A stretch of 56,737 nt of DNA from a virus (taxonomy: Duplodnaviria; Caudoviricetes): IMG/VR virus record IMGVR_UViG_3300013099_000004, positions 1-56,737 of that record. The stretch is one strand, 5' to 3'. The first letter of the stretch is position 1; every line of letters begins with the position of its first letter. This document shows, piece after piece, positions 37,337 through 47,735 of this stretch. The position numbers and the translations under genes were made by a program. The notes under the pieces are model-generated. The model saw only the letters and a list, made by a program, of their open reading frames with translations, ran no database searches and had not been told where the DNA came from.

Positions 37337-37735
37337 ATGGGTAACGTTTATCTTGATGGAAAGAATGGGTTTGCCATAGATGAGGATAGGCTAGCTGCTT
37401 TTACAGTCTGCCCTATTGTCAGCGATGAGGTTGACCTTCATGTAGCTGCTACCACGACTTGTGTTGAAGTACCGCCTGGAAGTATAGTTACCAAGGTAGC
37501 AATATGGAATAACAGTGATACTGATGTGGGTGGTTCTGGTGATATTGATGTTGGAACTTCTGGTGACACAGACAAGTTTATTGATGGCTTATCTGAACTT
37601 GTAGCCGGCGATGTTTCAATATCTACAGTTGGAACGTATTTAGCTGATGGCGGTGCAGTTGTAATTAAAGTCAACGACACTAATGGTGCGGACGGTTCTA
37701 CAGCTAAGCTATTAGTATGGTACACTACATTATAA
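37337..37735 (+). CDS. capsid decoration/spike-base protein
   Basis: VPPGSIV...IDVGTSGDTDKF jelly-roll pattern; follows MCP. Confidence 0.7.
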   Translation: MGNVYLDGKNGFAIDEDRLAAFTVCPIVSDEVDLHVAATTTCVEVPPGSIVTKVAIWNNSDTDVGGSGDIDVGTSGDTDKFIDGLSELVAGDVSISTVGTYLADGGAVVIKVNDTNGADGSTAKLLVWYTTL

Positions 37736-37757
37736 CGTATTGTAATGAATATGGCAC

Positions 37758-37865
37758 GTATGGCATACAATATCTGTTGCATTATTGCAACTGGCGGAGG
37801 TGGACTCCATTGAACCCGTTTAAAACGGTAACCACATATAAATAAAAAGGTACTGTATGCCATAC
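37758..37865 (+). ncRNA. Structured intergenic RNA element
   Basis: 18-bp stem (one mismatch) 37758-37775/37848-37865 enclosing three hairpins. Confidence 0.55.
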
Positions 37866-37890
37866 TGCTACTAACTTAATAGGCCAAGAT

Positions 37891-40800
37891 ATGAGTGTTA
37901 GTTTAGATACAAGAGTACAGCAGTTATCAGGTGATATAGTAGTAGACGAGGGAGTGCTACACCATTGGTATGAAGATGGTGGTATTGATATATTTAACCG
38001 TATAAAGATAATTAATCCTAACTTATTGCCTGAATTTAGTACTACTACCCGTGATATAACGGGCGCATTAGGTATAAGTATAGAACAGACAGGGTCAGAA
38101 TATGGTTCACTAGGTATAGCTTATGTAGAACGTGACGGATACCCATGTACTGAGATACCACAGTATCTGGCTTCTAAAGCAGCAGACCCCAACTCTATAT
38201 ATTATGCTACTAAGAAACATCCCGTATATTATATTGCAAGAGGGTATATATATATACTTCCTACTCCAAGTACTGATGAAACTGGTCATGTGTATACATA
38301 TGCATCACCTAGATATATGTCTATATCGTCTGAAGATGATTTAATGTACTTCCCCTCAAAGTACAATCATCTAGTAGTATTATATGCAGCTATGCAAAAT
38401 GTACTTAGTAAAATAAGTAATATATCAATACCCCAGGATGTAGTTATACCTGCTGTTCCAGTGTTCGACGGTTTATCTTCAGTAAGCCAATCTCTGCCTA
38501 CATTCGAGACAGTTGACCAATTAACACTGCCTACTGTACCTTCTATAGATGATATAGACTTTAGTAGTATTGACTATATACCTGTATTCGTACATCCTGT
38601 ATCTATCTCATTACCTGACTTATCATTAGGTAGTGACCTTGACATAAGCTCGTTTACTCAGTCAACGTCAGCCCCTACACCACCTAGCATATCAATAGGT
38701 GACGGCAATGTTGCTACTTTTGGTACTCCCCCTACTTTTGTAGCTCCCACACTTACACTGGAAACTCTTAGTACCCCAGAAGGTATTACATTACCAGCAG
38801 TCCCTACTATGGGTGAATTTATATCAGTAACTGAATCATTGCCTGTTTGGGATACCGTAGATGCAATTACATTACCTACTCCGCCTACGGATGCTAATAT
38901 AGATTTTTCGGATGTTGACTATATTCCTGTGTTTGTGTATCCAATATCAATATCTTTGCCTGAACTGGATTTAGGTAATGACCTTAATATAAGTTCATTT
39001 ACTCAAACAATTACTCCGCCTACACCACCTGACATATCAATCAGTGATGGGTCTATCGCAACGTTTTCTACAGCTCCTACATATAGTGCTCCTAGTTTAA
39101 CACTCTCAGATGCACCAACTACATCTGAGCTTGTTTTACCAGATGCCCCTACAATAGACTCCTACATTACTGTAAGTGAAACACTGCCTACATGGACTAC
39201 AGTAAGTTCACCTTCTCTACCGACAGCTCCATCAGACACTAATATAGACTTCTCGTCAGTACTAAGTGCTCCTGCATTTAATCCGCCATCATTACTAGTT
39301 CTTCCGGCTGTGCCTGATATTGACGTAACATTGTCCAAGTCTTTATCTGATATACCTGCTATAAGTGATATTAGTTTACCTACATTGACTCTGCCTTCAG
39401 CACCTACTATACCGGACCTTACTATATCAGCTACTCCACCTACTGCTCCTTCAGCACCTTCATACCATTCTAACACGGTATCTATAGGTATTCCGCTGCC
39501 TACATACACACATACTAACCCATGGATTTCATTTACTACGATATTAAGTGATATATCTACATATATAGATACTGATGAGGACGTCGAGTTAGCATCAGCC
39601 AAATTGCAGCAAATGAAGCTTGATATAGATGCAATGCTTGCAGAGATTCAGGACGAGCTGAACTCCTTTAATAGCAATATAAGCAATTATAAGGCAGAAC
39701 TCGAGAAACAGATAGCTGAATACAAGTATATACTTGATGTAGATAATAGTGAATATATAGCAGAACTTCAAAGATATAATGCTCAGATAAATGATTATGC
39801 AGCTCAAGTAAATACCGAGGTTGCAGAATATGTAAACACATATATCAATACTGACCTTAGAGTATGGGAAATACAGGTACAATCAGCTATAGCAGAATAC
39901 CAAGCTAAATCCGGAGCTGAAATCCAGAAATACATAGCTTCTACTAAAGCAGGGGTATCTGAAGCTGAAGCCCTAGTATATAGCACAGAGCTTCAGAAGG
40001 TTTCCTTGGAGAACAATCTTAAGTTGCAAAAGTACTCTGAAGTGGTAGCCTCAAAGGTTAACGAATACAAGGTAGAACTAGATAAGGCAGTACAAGACTA
40101 TACTGCTGACTTTAAGGTATGGGAAACCGAGATTACTAAAGCTATTAACACTTACCAAGCTGAAACTGGTTATGACCTTAATAAGTACGTAGCTGAAGTA
40201 CAGGCAGTTCTTGGTGAACATACAGCTAATCTTAATAATGAAGCTCAGCAATTTAAGAGCAATCTTGACAAGTATATAGCTAACTTACAGTATGTAAATG
40301 CTACTAATGACAGAGTACTTAATAAATATATAGCAGATATTAACAAGTATAATGCAGAAGCAAGCGTTGCAATACAGGAATGGACATTAACTAATATACA
40401 AGATGCCCAAACTTACTGGTTGCATACACGTCAAACAGACATCAGCAAGTATCAGCTCGATATTCAAAATGCGCTAAACGAATTTAACAAGCTGAACACC
40501 GAGTATCAAGCAGATATACAGAAGAAGATAACTGAAGCTAGTAACTTACTAAGTAGTGACGCTGAAACCGCTAGAGCGGAACTCCAAAAGTACGCACATC
40601 AGCTGTCTCAGTATCAAATAGATGTGAATACTGAAGTACAGGAGTATTTGCAAAAAGAAGTTCAAGCAGCATTAACTATATGGATTGAAAAGCGTAAAGA
40701 TTTATTAAGCGAATTTAAAATTAAATCCGATAACGTAATAAATAAATATAATAGTGAGCTTAATGAAGCAATAAGTAAATTCCAATCAGATATACAAATA

Positions 40801-41889
40801 TGGGCTAAGCAAATAGATAAAGCTATAGAAAGCTATACCGGAGAAAAGTCAATAGCTATAAACCGTTATCAAGCTGAAGTACAGGCTATTATAGAAAATT
40901 ACAATAGTGATATTAATAACTCTAATTCTAAATTTAATGCCGAACTTAATAAGTATATTGCTAATGTACAATATGTTAATAACTACAACAATCAAGTATT
41001 AAATACGTACATCAACGATATTAACCGGTATAATGCTGAGGTTAATGCTGTTCTACAGAAGTGGTCTTTAGAAAATATTCAGCTTGCACAAGCTAAATGG
41101 ATTGCTACCAGGCAAACTGATATTAGTAAGTATCAGCTTGATATACAGAGTGCACTTAATAAGTTTAATGAAGCTAATACTGAATATCAGGCAGACATTC
41201 AAAAGAAAATACTTGAAGCTACTAACTCTTTAACTAGTGACATAGAGACTGTAAAGGCCGAGCTTAACAAGTATTCTGAGCAGTTAGCGCAATACCAGAT
41301 AGACGTAAATACAGAAATTCAAGAATACTTACAGAAGGATGTACAAGCAGAACTTACAGAATGGGTAGAAAAACGTAGGAACTTACTTGAAGAGTTTAAG
41401 ATTAAGTCAGATAATGTTATTAACAGATATAATAGTGAAGTAAATGAGGCAATAAACAAATACCAGTTAGACATTCAGATATGGTCAAAACAGATAGACC
41501 AGATATTAACTGAGTATAACTTAAAGACCGGCTTTGATGTAGAAGCTTATAAGTCAGAAGTACAGGCTCTAATAGGTAAATATACCGAAGATATTAATAA
41601 TGCAGCAGCTACATTTAATGCTGGGCTTTCTAACTACCAAGCTGAAGTAGATAAGGTAAACTCAGAAAACAATGGTAAGTTAGCTGAATACAGTGCAGAT
41701 ATTCAATTATTCAACTCACAAGTAAATGCGGAAATCAGTAAAGCTCAAGTAAACTTACAGAAAGTAAGTATTGAGCAGAACAAATATGTGGAGTTATATA
41801 AGTCATTACGTACACAGTATGAACAAGGCTTCTTGCCATTCCAGATACGTAATGATAGAGGTTATCAGTCTATAAACCCAATAATATAA
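37891..41889 (+). CDS. Neck/adaptor-domain protein with a giant Pro-rich + helical insertion (predicted alpha/PPII stalk)
   Basis: N-terminal adaptor-like PVYY..G.IYILPTP and LVVLYAA; Pro-rich aa 181-544; Pro-free aa 545-1315. Confidence 0.8.
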   Translation: MSVSLDTRVQQLSGDIVVDEGVLHHWYEDGGIDIFNRIKIINPNLLPEFSTTTRDITGALGISIEQTGSEYGSLGIAYVERDGYPCTEIPQYLASKAADPNSIYYATKKHPVYYIARGYIYILPTPSTDETGHVYTYASPRYMSISSEDDLMYFPSKYNHLVVLYAAMQNVLSKISNISIPQDVVIPAVPVFDGLSSVSQSLPTFETVDQLTLPTVPSIDDIDFSSIDYIPVFVHPVSISLPDLSLGSDLDISSFTQSTSAPTPPSISIGDGNVATFGTPPTFVAPTLTLETLSTPEGITLPAVPTMGEFISVTESLPVWDTVDAITLPTPPTDANIDFSDVDYIPVFVYPISISLPELDLGNDLNISSFTQTITPPTPPDISISDGSIATFSTAPTYSAPSLTLSDAPTTSELVLPDAPTIDSYITVSETLPTWTTVSSPSLPTAPSDTNIDFSSVLSAPAFNPPSLLVLPAVPDIDVTLSKSLSDIPAISDISLPTLTLPSAPTIPDLTISATPPTAPSAPSYHSNTVSIGIPLPTYTHTNPWISFTTILSDISTYIDTDEDVELASAKLQQMKLDIDAMLAEIQDELNSFNSNISNYKAELEKQIAEYKYILDVDNSEYIAELQRYNAQINDYAAQVNTEVAEYVNTYINTDLRVWEIQVQSAIAEYQAKSGAEIQKYIASTKAGVSEAEALVYSTELQKVSLENNLKLQKYSEVVASKVNEYKVELDKAVQDYTADFKVWETEITKAINTYQAETGYDLNKYVAEVQAVLGEHTANLNNEAQQFKSNLDKYIANLQYVNATNDRVLNKYIADINKYNAEASVAIQEWTLTNIQDAQTYWLHTRQTDISKYQLDIQNALNEFNKLNTEYQADIQKKITEASNLLSSDAETARAELQKYAHQLSQYQIDVNTEVQEYLQKEVQAALTIWIEKRKDLLSEFKIKSDNVINKYNSELNEAISKFQSDIQIWAKQIDKAIESYTGEKSIAINRYQAEVQAIIENYNSDINNSNSKFNAELNKYIANVQYVNNYNNQVLNTYINDINRYNAEVNAVLQKWSLENIQLAQAKWIATRQTDISKYQLDIQSALNKFNEANTEYQADIQKKILEATNSLTSDIETVKAELNKYSEQLAQYQIDVNTEIQEYLQKDVQAELTEWVEKRRNLLEEFKIKSDNVINRYNSEVNEAINKYQLDIQIWSKQIDQILTEYNLKTGFDVEAYKSEVQALIGKYTEDINNAAATFNAGLSNYQAEVDKVNSENNGKLAEYSADIQLFNSQVNAEISKAQVNLQKVSIEQNKYVELYKSLRTQYEQGFLPFQIRNDRGYQSINPII
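38431..39330 (+). repeat. ~2.5 copies of a 345-nt (115-aa) Pro-rich repeat
   Basis: IDFS anchor at 38554, 38899 and 39244. Confidence 0.9.
40050..41760 (+). repeat. ~2.5 copies of a 681-nt (227-aa) helical repeat
   Basis: QTDISKYQLDIQ at 40432 and 41113; boundaries approximate. Confidence 0.88.
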
Positions 41890-41899
41890 TGAGGTTATC

Positions 41900-42400
41900 A
41901 TGTCAGATGTAGTAAGATATAGTATAAGTGTTGAACCGAGAGAAGAGCTTACTAATGAAAATGGCGGTACTAAAGTAGTACTTGCTAGTGAAGTTAATAA
42001 GATACTTGGGGGTGATGGTAGCGCTATAGTAACTGATTATTCAGCTACCCCTACCTTGCAAGGATACAAAGACGGTTCAGTTATATACTTAGAATGTACT
42101 GACAATACCAGTGTACACTTAACTGCCGAAGCTACAGCGTCATTTGTATTTATTAAGAATACCGGTTATACTTATAGTTCAGCTACAGAGTTAGGCTCGC
42201 CTTCCTCTAATAGCGTTAAAGTCACAGTAGTGAATAGTGGTACTACATTACTAAGTATTCTTGACGCCGGTGAGTGTATAGTCCTAAAAGACGATAATGC
42301 CGGTATAGATGCTAGTAAGATATATGTACAAACAGTAACAAGCTCTGGTGGAGCAGTTACTGACGACCATCTTGCAGTAGAATATTTGGTAGTAGATTAA
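41900..42400 (+). CDS. virion structural protein
   Basis: Beta-rich; paralog of the next gene (ASEV, QGY.DG..Y.E.T, NTG.TYSS..ELG, LKD.NA.I, LAVE). Confidence 0.75.
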   Translation: MSDVVRYSISVEPREELTNENGGTKVVLASEVNKILGGDGSAIVTDYSATPTLQGYKDGSVIYLECTDNTSVHLTAEATASFVFIKNTGYTYSSATELGSPSSNSVKVTVVNSGTTLLSILDAGECIVLKDDNAGIDASKIYVQTVTSSGGAVTDDHLAVEYLVVD

Positions 42401-42409
42401 GAGGCAATA

Positions 42410-42964
42410 ATGAGTAGTGGCGTAAGAGCTAAAATAGGCGTATATCCTGTAGAAATACTTGCTGACCATGATAGTAATACGCACGAAGTAATAGCTAGTG
42501 AAGTACTAAGTAAGTTATCTGGTGAGCTTGACGTACCTATATGCTACCCTTTTAGCGGTATGCAATATAAGCAAGGATACCAAGATGGTAACCCGTATTA
42601 TGTTGAAGCTACTAGTACTTCATATACTTCGCCTTTGCTTGAAGACACTGCGTCATCAGTACTTATTATTAATACAGGTATGACATATAGTAGTAACTCT
42701 GAGCTAGGAGAACTTAATGATAATACCTTGTTAGAAGTCAGAATAGATAACGTGGTAATAGCAAGACTTGCTAAAGGCGAGCCTATACTGCTCAAAGACG
42801 CAAATGCTACAATAAACTGTAACAATATATCTCTAAGAACGGTAAAATCAGACGGGACTATAGATACGTCATTATCGTCGTTAGCAGTAGAGTTCTTAGC
42901 TACTCATGTATCTGATGGTATATATGGACTTGTTGAGACAATACTTCTTGAATTAGGAGCTTAA
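42410..42964 (+). CDS. virion structural protein (paralog of 41900..42400)
   Basis: Shares the motifs listed for 41900..42400. Confidence 0.75.
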   Translation: MSSGVRAKIGVYPVEILADHDSNTHEVIASEVLSKLSGELDVPICYPFSGMQYKQGYQDGNPYYVEATSTSYTSPLLEDTASSVLIINTGMTYSSNSELGELNDNTLLEVRIDNVVIARLAKGEPILLKDANATINCNNISLRTVKSDGTIDTSLSSLAVEFLATHVSDGIYGLVETILLELGA

Positions 42965-42983
42965 AAATTTAGAGGTTTAAGAT

Positions 42984-45900
42984 ATGGCAACATGGAATAA
43001 AGATAACGTAGTAATACCTGTAGTATCGACCTTACTACCTTCAGCAGTAAAGATAGTACGAGAGGACTTATCATATCCTGGGGATGCAGTATCTTGTACT
43101 CAGACTACTAAATCTGTTAGTAGGTGGATACCTAATAGTAACCTTGATACTGAATACGAGTATGTTGTATATGCTGACGATATTGAGATAGGACGTATTA
43201 GAGGCTCTGATGCTACCGAGATATTCCGCCATGATGTAGCTATATATGGCGACCTTACTGTATCAGGAACTATTAATGGTGACTCAGTAGGATTACCATA
43301 TATAGGTTCGGCTACTTATACTGATTTACATGACTGGTGGAATACTACCCAGTCAGCCGGCAAGCTTACCGGTGGCACAATAACAGATAATGGAAATGGT
43401 TCTGCTACTGTTGCAGCCGGTAGTGGTATTATTAAAACCACTAATAATGATATTGGTGAAAGTAAATTCTTCAACTGGGCTGAAAACACGAATGTATCAT
43501 TAACTGATAATTCAATTAATTATATTTATGTAGAGTACAATTCAGGCAACCCTCAAATTGCAGTAGCTACTTCAAATCCTACTGACAAGAACACAAACGT
43601 TCTACTTGGCATGGTCTATAGAGAAGGTACAGACTTACATATTACAACAGCAGGACAATACGTTGCTAATTATGCCAAGAACGATTTTTGGAAAGACATT
43701 GACGTCAACGGCAAATTGCAGTGGTCGTCTGGTATAAAACCCTCTGAGAGTGGAACACGTTACCTTGCTCTTACTGAAGGCAAGATTTATGCAGGCTTGA
43801 CACCTGTTACTTTCAATGCGTTTAATAGTTCTGCCACGGCAATGACAGGATATTATTCTGATGGCGGAAGTGGTTGGACTTCAACATCTGTTAACCAGAT
43901 TGACAACCAGTACTATGATGACGGTTCTGGGGCACTTGCCTCATTGACTAATAATAACTACACTTGTAGATACATATACATTGATAGCGATAATCATGTG
44001 TATATGGTTTATGGCACTTCTGAATACAACAAACTTGGTGATGCAATAGAGGAAGAGCCACCAGATAGTGTTCCTATCATGTTATCCTCAATTGGGATGT
44101 TAGTCTCTAAGGTTATCATCAAGCAAGGACAGACAAACTTTGAGCGGGTATATTCATACTTCGGTATAGACCGCCCTGCCGGTACAGTTATCAATCATGA
44201 CGAGCTTGGCAATATACTCGGCTCTGGGGCTTATCATTTATCTGAGAGTGAGCATACCGAGCTGACAGAATGGATGGATGATGTTACTCTGTCAGACGGC
44301 GGGGAAGCTGACCTTAGCAATAATTATATTACCTCCCTCCAGAATACCACAGACGCCGGAGCTGGGATAGTAGGGAATTATTATAGCTTTGATGGGGTGG
44401 ATGATTATGGAACAGTTTCTAACTGTGCAGATATAGCTGATGATGTTTCAAGAACAATAAGTTTTTGGTTTAAAGCTCCGAGTGGGCAATCAATTGAGAA
44501 TCCAAGACTTTTTGAAAAGAAACAGGAATACTTTTGTTACACGTATGATTATGGCAATAGTTCAGACGTTACAGTATTTGGTATCTATGATGATAGCCCA
44601 CATTCAATAGAGATAAGTAATTCGAGAATATTTACTAATAACTGGATAAAAATAGATTTTATTATTGACCGTGAAAATAATTATATGTATGTATATATTA
44701 ATGGAGTTTTAGAAGGTAGCCTTGATATAAGTAGTATAAATGACATAGAAAGCAGTTATAATTTATTTATTGGTGCAAAAGAGGGGATTTCTTATTATAT
44801 TAATGCTGAATATGCTAAATTCCAAATATTCAACACCGCCCTCACCGCAGACGAAGTAAAAGCTTTATACTCAGGTGCTTCTGTTCCGTTTAAACATCAA
44901 GGAGCGAGTCAGGCAGCCTTTACTTCTGGAACGCTTACAATCGGCTATGAATATATTATAGATACTTATGTTTCTGGAGATGACTTTACTAATGTTGGGG
45001 CTTCTTCAAATGCGAGCGGTGAGGTGTTTACTGCAACAGGCACAACACCGACTGATTGGAGTAATGGTAGTTCGCTGAGACATACCGGCTGTGTCCTCAA
45101 CCTTAACAAATCCAAAACAACCGATACATGGTACGATGAAAGCAGTAACAACTTAGACGCTACCATGCACGGAGCTACCTTAGTAAGTAATAACAAGTAT
45201 GGTTATTTTGAGAGAGGACTTATGACTGATGGAGATATAAAGCAGGAAGTTCATACCTCCAATGTAAGTAATCCTCCCACAGACGCAGAACTTGACGCTT
45301 TATTTACAAGTCCTTCAAGTAAAGGTGCAGGCTGGACAGCTTACGTGAAAGACTCAGATACTGACAGCATGTACCAAATTACCTCAGACGGTACTAACTG
45401 GCAGATAGTAGCTATGACACCCGCAGACGCTACTGCAAATAGCTCATCTACTGCAACATCTAATATAGCATTTACTGAAAATAACGAGTTCCCAGCTAAC
45501 ATGGTCTTAATACGTAATGAAGAGCTAAATAATACATTAAGTACATCAACAGGTACTCCTATTACTGTAAGCAGTATAGATACAGGAGCTAATACTATAA
45601 CACTTAGTTGGTTACCCTATATACCAAGTATATGGAATCCTGGTTCTGGTCGTAAGTGGGCTTTAAAGAATGTAACACATTCAGGCAACGGTTTATTGAT
45701 AGACAGTGGTACATATTCTACAAGGGTATTAAACTACACAACTGTTTGGGGAGATGATGCTAATTGGTCAGTAGGTGATAAGGTAGTACTATATAACCCT
45801 TATCGTTCTAATATAGAATTCTATGACGGCAATCCAGTATTCTTACAAGATTCTGGGGGTATTTATACGTTATATGCTAATCCTGGTGGTGGTTTCTATC

Positions 45901-46820
45901 ATAGTGATGGCTCTTATATATTGTTAGTAAATGCATCTACCGCACATAGTGAGGGTACGGTAGGGGCGTATAAATCTGACGGTAGTAATTGGTTTTCGTG
46001 GTCTCAGATTAATGGCGGTGCTACAATATTTGATAAATCCGAAGTTGCTTCTGACTGGCGTGAGGATAAAATAGTTAATGCGAACGTGATAAAACTTCCA
46101 ACAGAAGATAGATATATAGGTTATTTTTCAGGATATAGCAGCACTGATGCTAAATGGCGTATAAGCTATGTTAAGTTTGACGAAGACTTCTCATCCGGTA
46201 GCATGGAATATGCTGACAGTGAGATTATTGACAGCTCATCAAGTTCAAATGGTTTAGAGCTAGGCTCAGTAATCTATTATGGTGGTAAATGGCGTATGAT
46301 ATATGTTGACAGGGCTGATGGTACATTAACCAACTGGTCTATAAAAGAGGCATTCTCTGATACCCCTGAAGGTCCATTTACAGCTTCCGGTACTACTATA
46401 GTTTCGGGCGGTAGTACTAATGATGGTGTATTCTATTCGTCACATCCTGATGGTGCTTACTACTTTATATGGAAGGGTAGATTATATACGTGGATAGCCG
46501 GTACTGCTTCAGGCGCTTATTACACGTCTGGTACATCTGACAATAGAGTATTCGGCCTATGGTATTTTGATGAGCTAAGTGGGACTGATGCTTGGGTAGA
46601 AATTAAGTATAACCCAGTATTTATTAACCCAATGGAAGGGCAGTACTTCTGGCCTGGAGTAGACAATTGGATGGATGACCACTTTGGACGTAACATCTCA
46701 ATGGCTCTTAATAATTATGATGGTAAGCTATATATATTCTTTAATGGGGGATACACAACAGACACATATCAAGGCGGTATAGCCACAATGGACTTACCGT
46801 CATTACTTGAACATTATTAA
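42984..46820 (+). CDS. Tail fiber/receptor-binding protein: LamG/ConA domain plus C-terminal beta-propeller glycosidase-like domain
   Basis: FDGVDDY...ISFWFK...YINGVLE...FNTALTADEVKALY; C-terminal GNPVF, EGPFT and YNPVF blades. Confidence 0.8.
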   Translation: MATWNKDNVVIPVVSTLLPSAVKIVREDLSYPGDAVSCTQTTKSVSRWIPNSNLDTEYEYVVYADDIEIGRIRGSDATEIFRHDVAIYGDLTVSGTINGDSVGLPYIGSATYTDLHDWWNTTQSAGKLTGGTITDNGNGSATVAAGSGIIKTTNNDIGESKFFNWAENTNVSLTDNSINYIYVEYNSGNPQIAVATSNPTDKNTNVLLGMVYREGTDLHITTAGQYVANYAKNDFWKDIDVNGKLQWSSGIKPSESGTRYLALTEGKIYAGLTPVTFNAFNSSATAMTGYYSDGGSGWTSTSVNQIDNQYYDDGSGALASLTNNNYTCRYIYIDSDNHVYMVYGTSEYNKLGDAIEEEPPDSVPIMLSSIGMLVSKVIIKQGQTNFERVYSYFGIDRPAGTVINHDELGNILGSGAYHLSESEHTELTEWMDDVTLSDGGEADLSNNYITSLQNTTDAGAGIVGNYYSFDGVDDYGTVSNCADIADDVSRTISFWFKAPSGQSIENPRLFEKKQEYFCYTYDYGNSSDVTVFGIYDDSPHSIEISNSRIFTNNWIKIDFIIDRENNYMYVYINGVLEGSLDISSINDIESSYNLFIGAKEGISYYINAEYAKFQIFNTALTADEVKALYSGASVPFKHQGASQAAFTSGTLTIGYEYIIDTYVSGDDFTNVGASSNASGEVFTATGTTPTDWSNGSSLRHTGCVLNLNKSKTTDTWYDESSNNLDATMHGATLVSNNKYGYFERGLMTDGDIKQEVHTSNVSNPPTDAELDALFTSPSSKGAGWTAYVKDSDTDSMYQITSDGTNWQIVAMTPADATANSSSTATSNIAFTENNEFPANMVLIRNEELNNTLSTSTGTPITVSSIDTGANTITLSWLPYIPSIWNPGSGRKWALKNVTHSGNGLLIDSGTYSTRVLNYTTVWGDDANWSVGDKVVLYNPYRSNIEFYDGNPVFLQDSGGIYTLYANPGGGFYHSDGSYILLVNASTAHSEGTVGAYKSDGSNWFSWSQINGGATIFDKSEVASDWREDKIVNANVIKLPTEDRYIGYFSGYSSTDAKWRISYVKFDEDFSSGSMEYADSEIIDSSSSSNGLELGSVIYYGGKWRMIYVDRADGTLTNWSIKEAFSDTPEGPFTASGTTIVSGGSTNDGVFYSSHPDGAYYFIWKGRLYTWIAGTASGAYYTSGTSDNRVFGLWYFDELSGTDAWVEIKYNPVFINPMEGQYFWPGVDNWMDDHFGRNISMALNNYDGKLYIFFNGGYTTDTYQGGIATMDLPSLLEHY

Positions 46821-46836
46821 TAAGGAGGACAGGAAC

Positions 46837-47064
46837 ATGAAAGATTTAACAAGCAAAGTAAAAAGGAGATTAGAATACTTGTCTAAACGTAAGGAAGAGA
46901 TAGTACAGTCAGTACATAGTATGGAAGAGCAGATGGTACAGTTACGTACCGAATATCTTACTGTAGTAGCTTCTTTAGAAGAACTTAGTAAGCTTATAGA
47001 GAATAACGATAAGCCTAAAGAACCAAAGCCGGAATCAGAGGCTAATAACACGGAGAGTAAGTAA
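46837..47064 (+). CDS. small coiled-coil protein (possible fiber chaperone)
   Basis: AAGGAGG RBS before MKDLT; heptads. Confidence 0.65.
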   Translation: MKDLTSKVKRRLEYLSKRKEEIVQSVHSMEEQMVQLRTEYLTVVASLEELSKLIENNDKPKEPKPESEANNTESK

Positions 47065-47723
47065 TGTCTTATACTGTTGACAATATTATGGAGCGTGTAG
47101 GGAGTAATGAGCCTGGTAAGGTAATTGCATACATTAAGGATTACTTTACGCTCTTAGCTAAACGAGGTAAACTTGATAACAGAGTATATAAGCAAGACAT
47201 CAAGGAAGATGTATTACGATACGTATTACCTTCTAACATGATACGTATTAATGGAGTATCTACCTTATATGTATCTGAATCATCAGAACTATTAACTAGT
47301 GAAGACCAGACTTTAGAGACTGGAACTAACTGGACTAATGACGACTTTGCATCATTCTCTGCTTCAGGCACACTTAATGTAACTGCCGACTCAGCTAACC
47401 AATCATGTTATCTTGATGATGACGGAATTACTGAAGGCTTACAGTACAACTTACGTTATGATGCTACTATAAGTTCCGGTACTTTCAGGCTTGTTACATA
47501 TACTAATGGCTACACACTAGGAACATTTGAGTCTAATCTTAATAGTGTAATGACATTTACTGCACCAGAAAGTAGTAAGCTTAGGATAATCTGTGTATCT
47601 GATAGTGGCACTGCTGCATTTGATAACTTCAGCCTTAAGCAAGCTAACCTTGACAAGTATAAGGAGATAGGCTATCTTAAAGGCAGCATGCCAACTAATT
47701 ACTTTGACGATGAGATAACATAA
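47064..47723 (+). CDS. Neck/tail protein with an inserted CBM-like (galactose-binding-like) domain
   Basis: IMERVG...AYIKD...RYVLP adaptor-like flanks; insert ...NW...YNLRY...TFTA...FDNFSLKQ. Confidence 0.6.
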   Translation: MSYTVDNIMERVGSNEPGKVIAYIKDYFTLLAKRGKLDNRVYKQDIKEDVLRYVLPSNMIRINGVSTLYVSESSELLTSEDQTLETGTNWTNDDFASFSASGTLNVTADSANQSCYLDDDGITEGLQYNLRYDATISSGTFRLVTYTNGYTLGTFESNLNSVMTFTAPESSKLRIICVSDSGTAAFDNFSLKQANLDKYKEIGYLKGSMPTNYFDDEIT

Positions 47724-47735
47724 TGGAGTACAATA

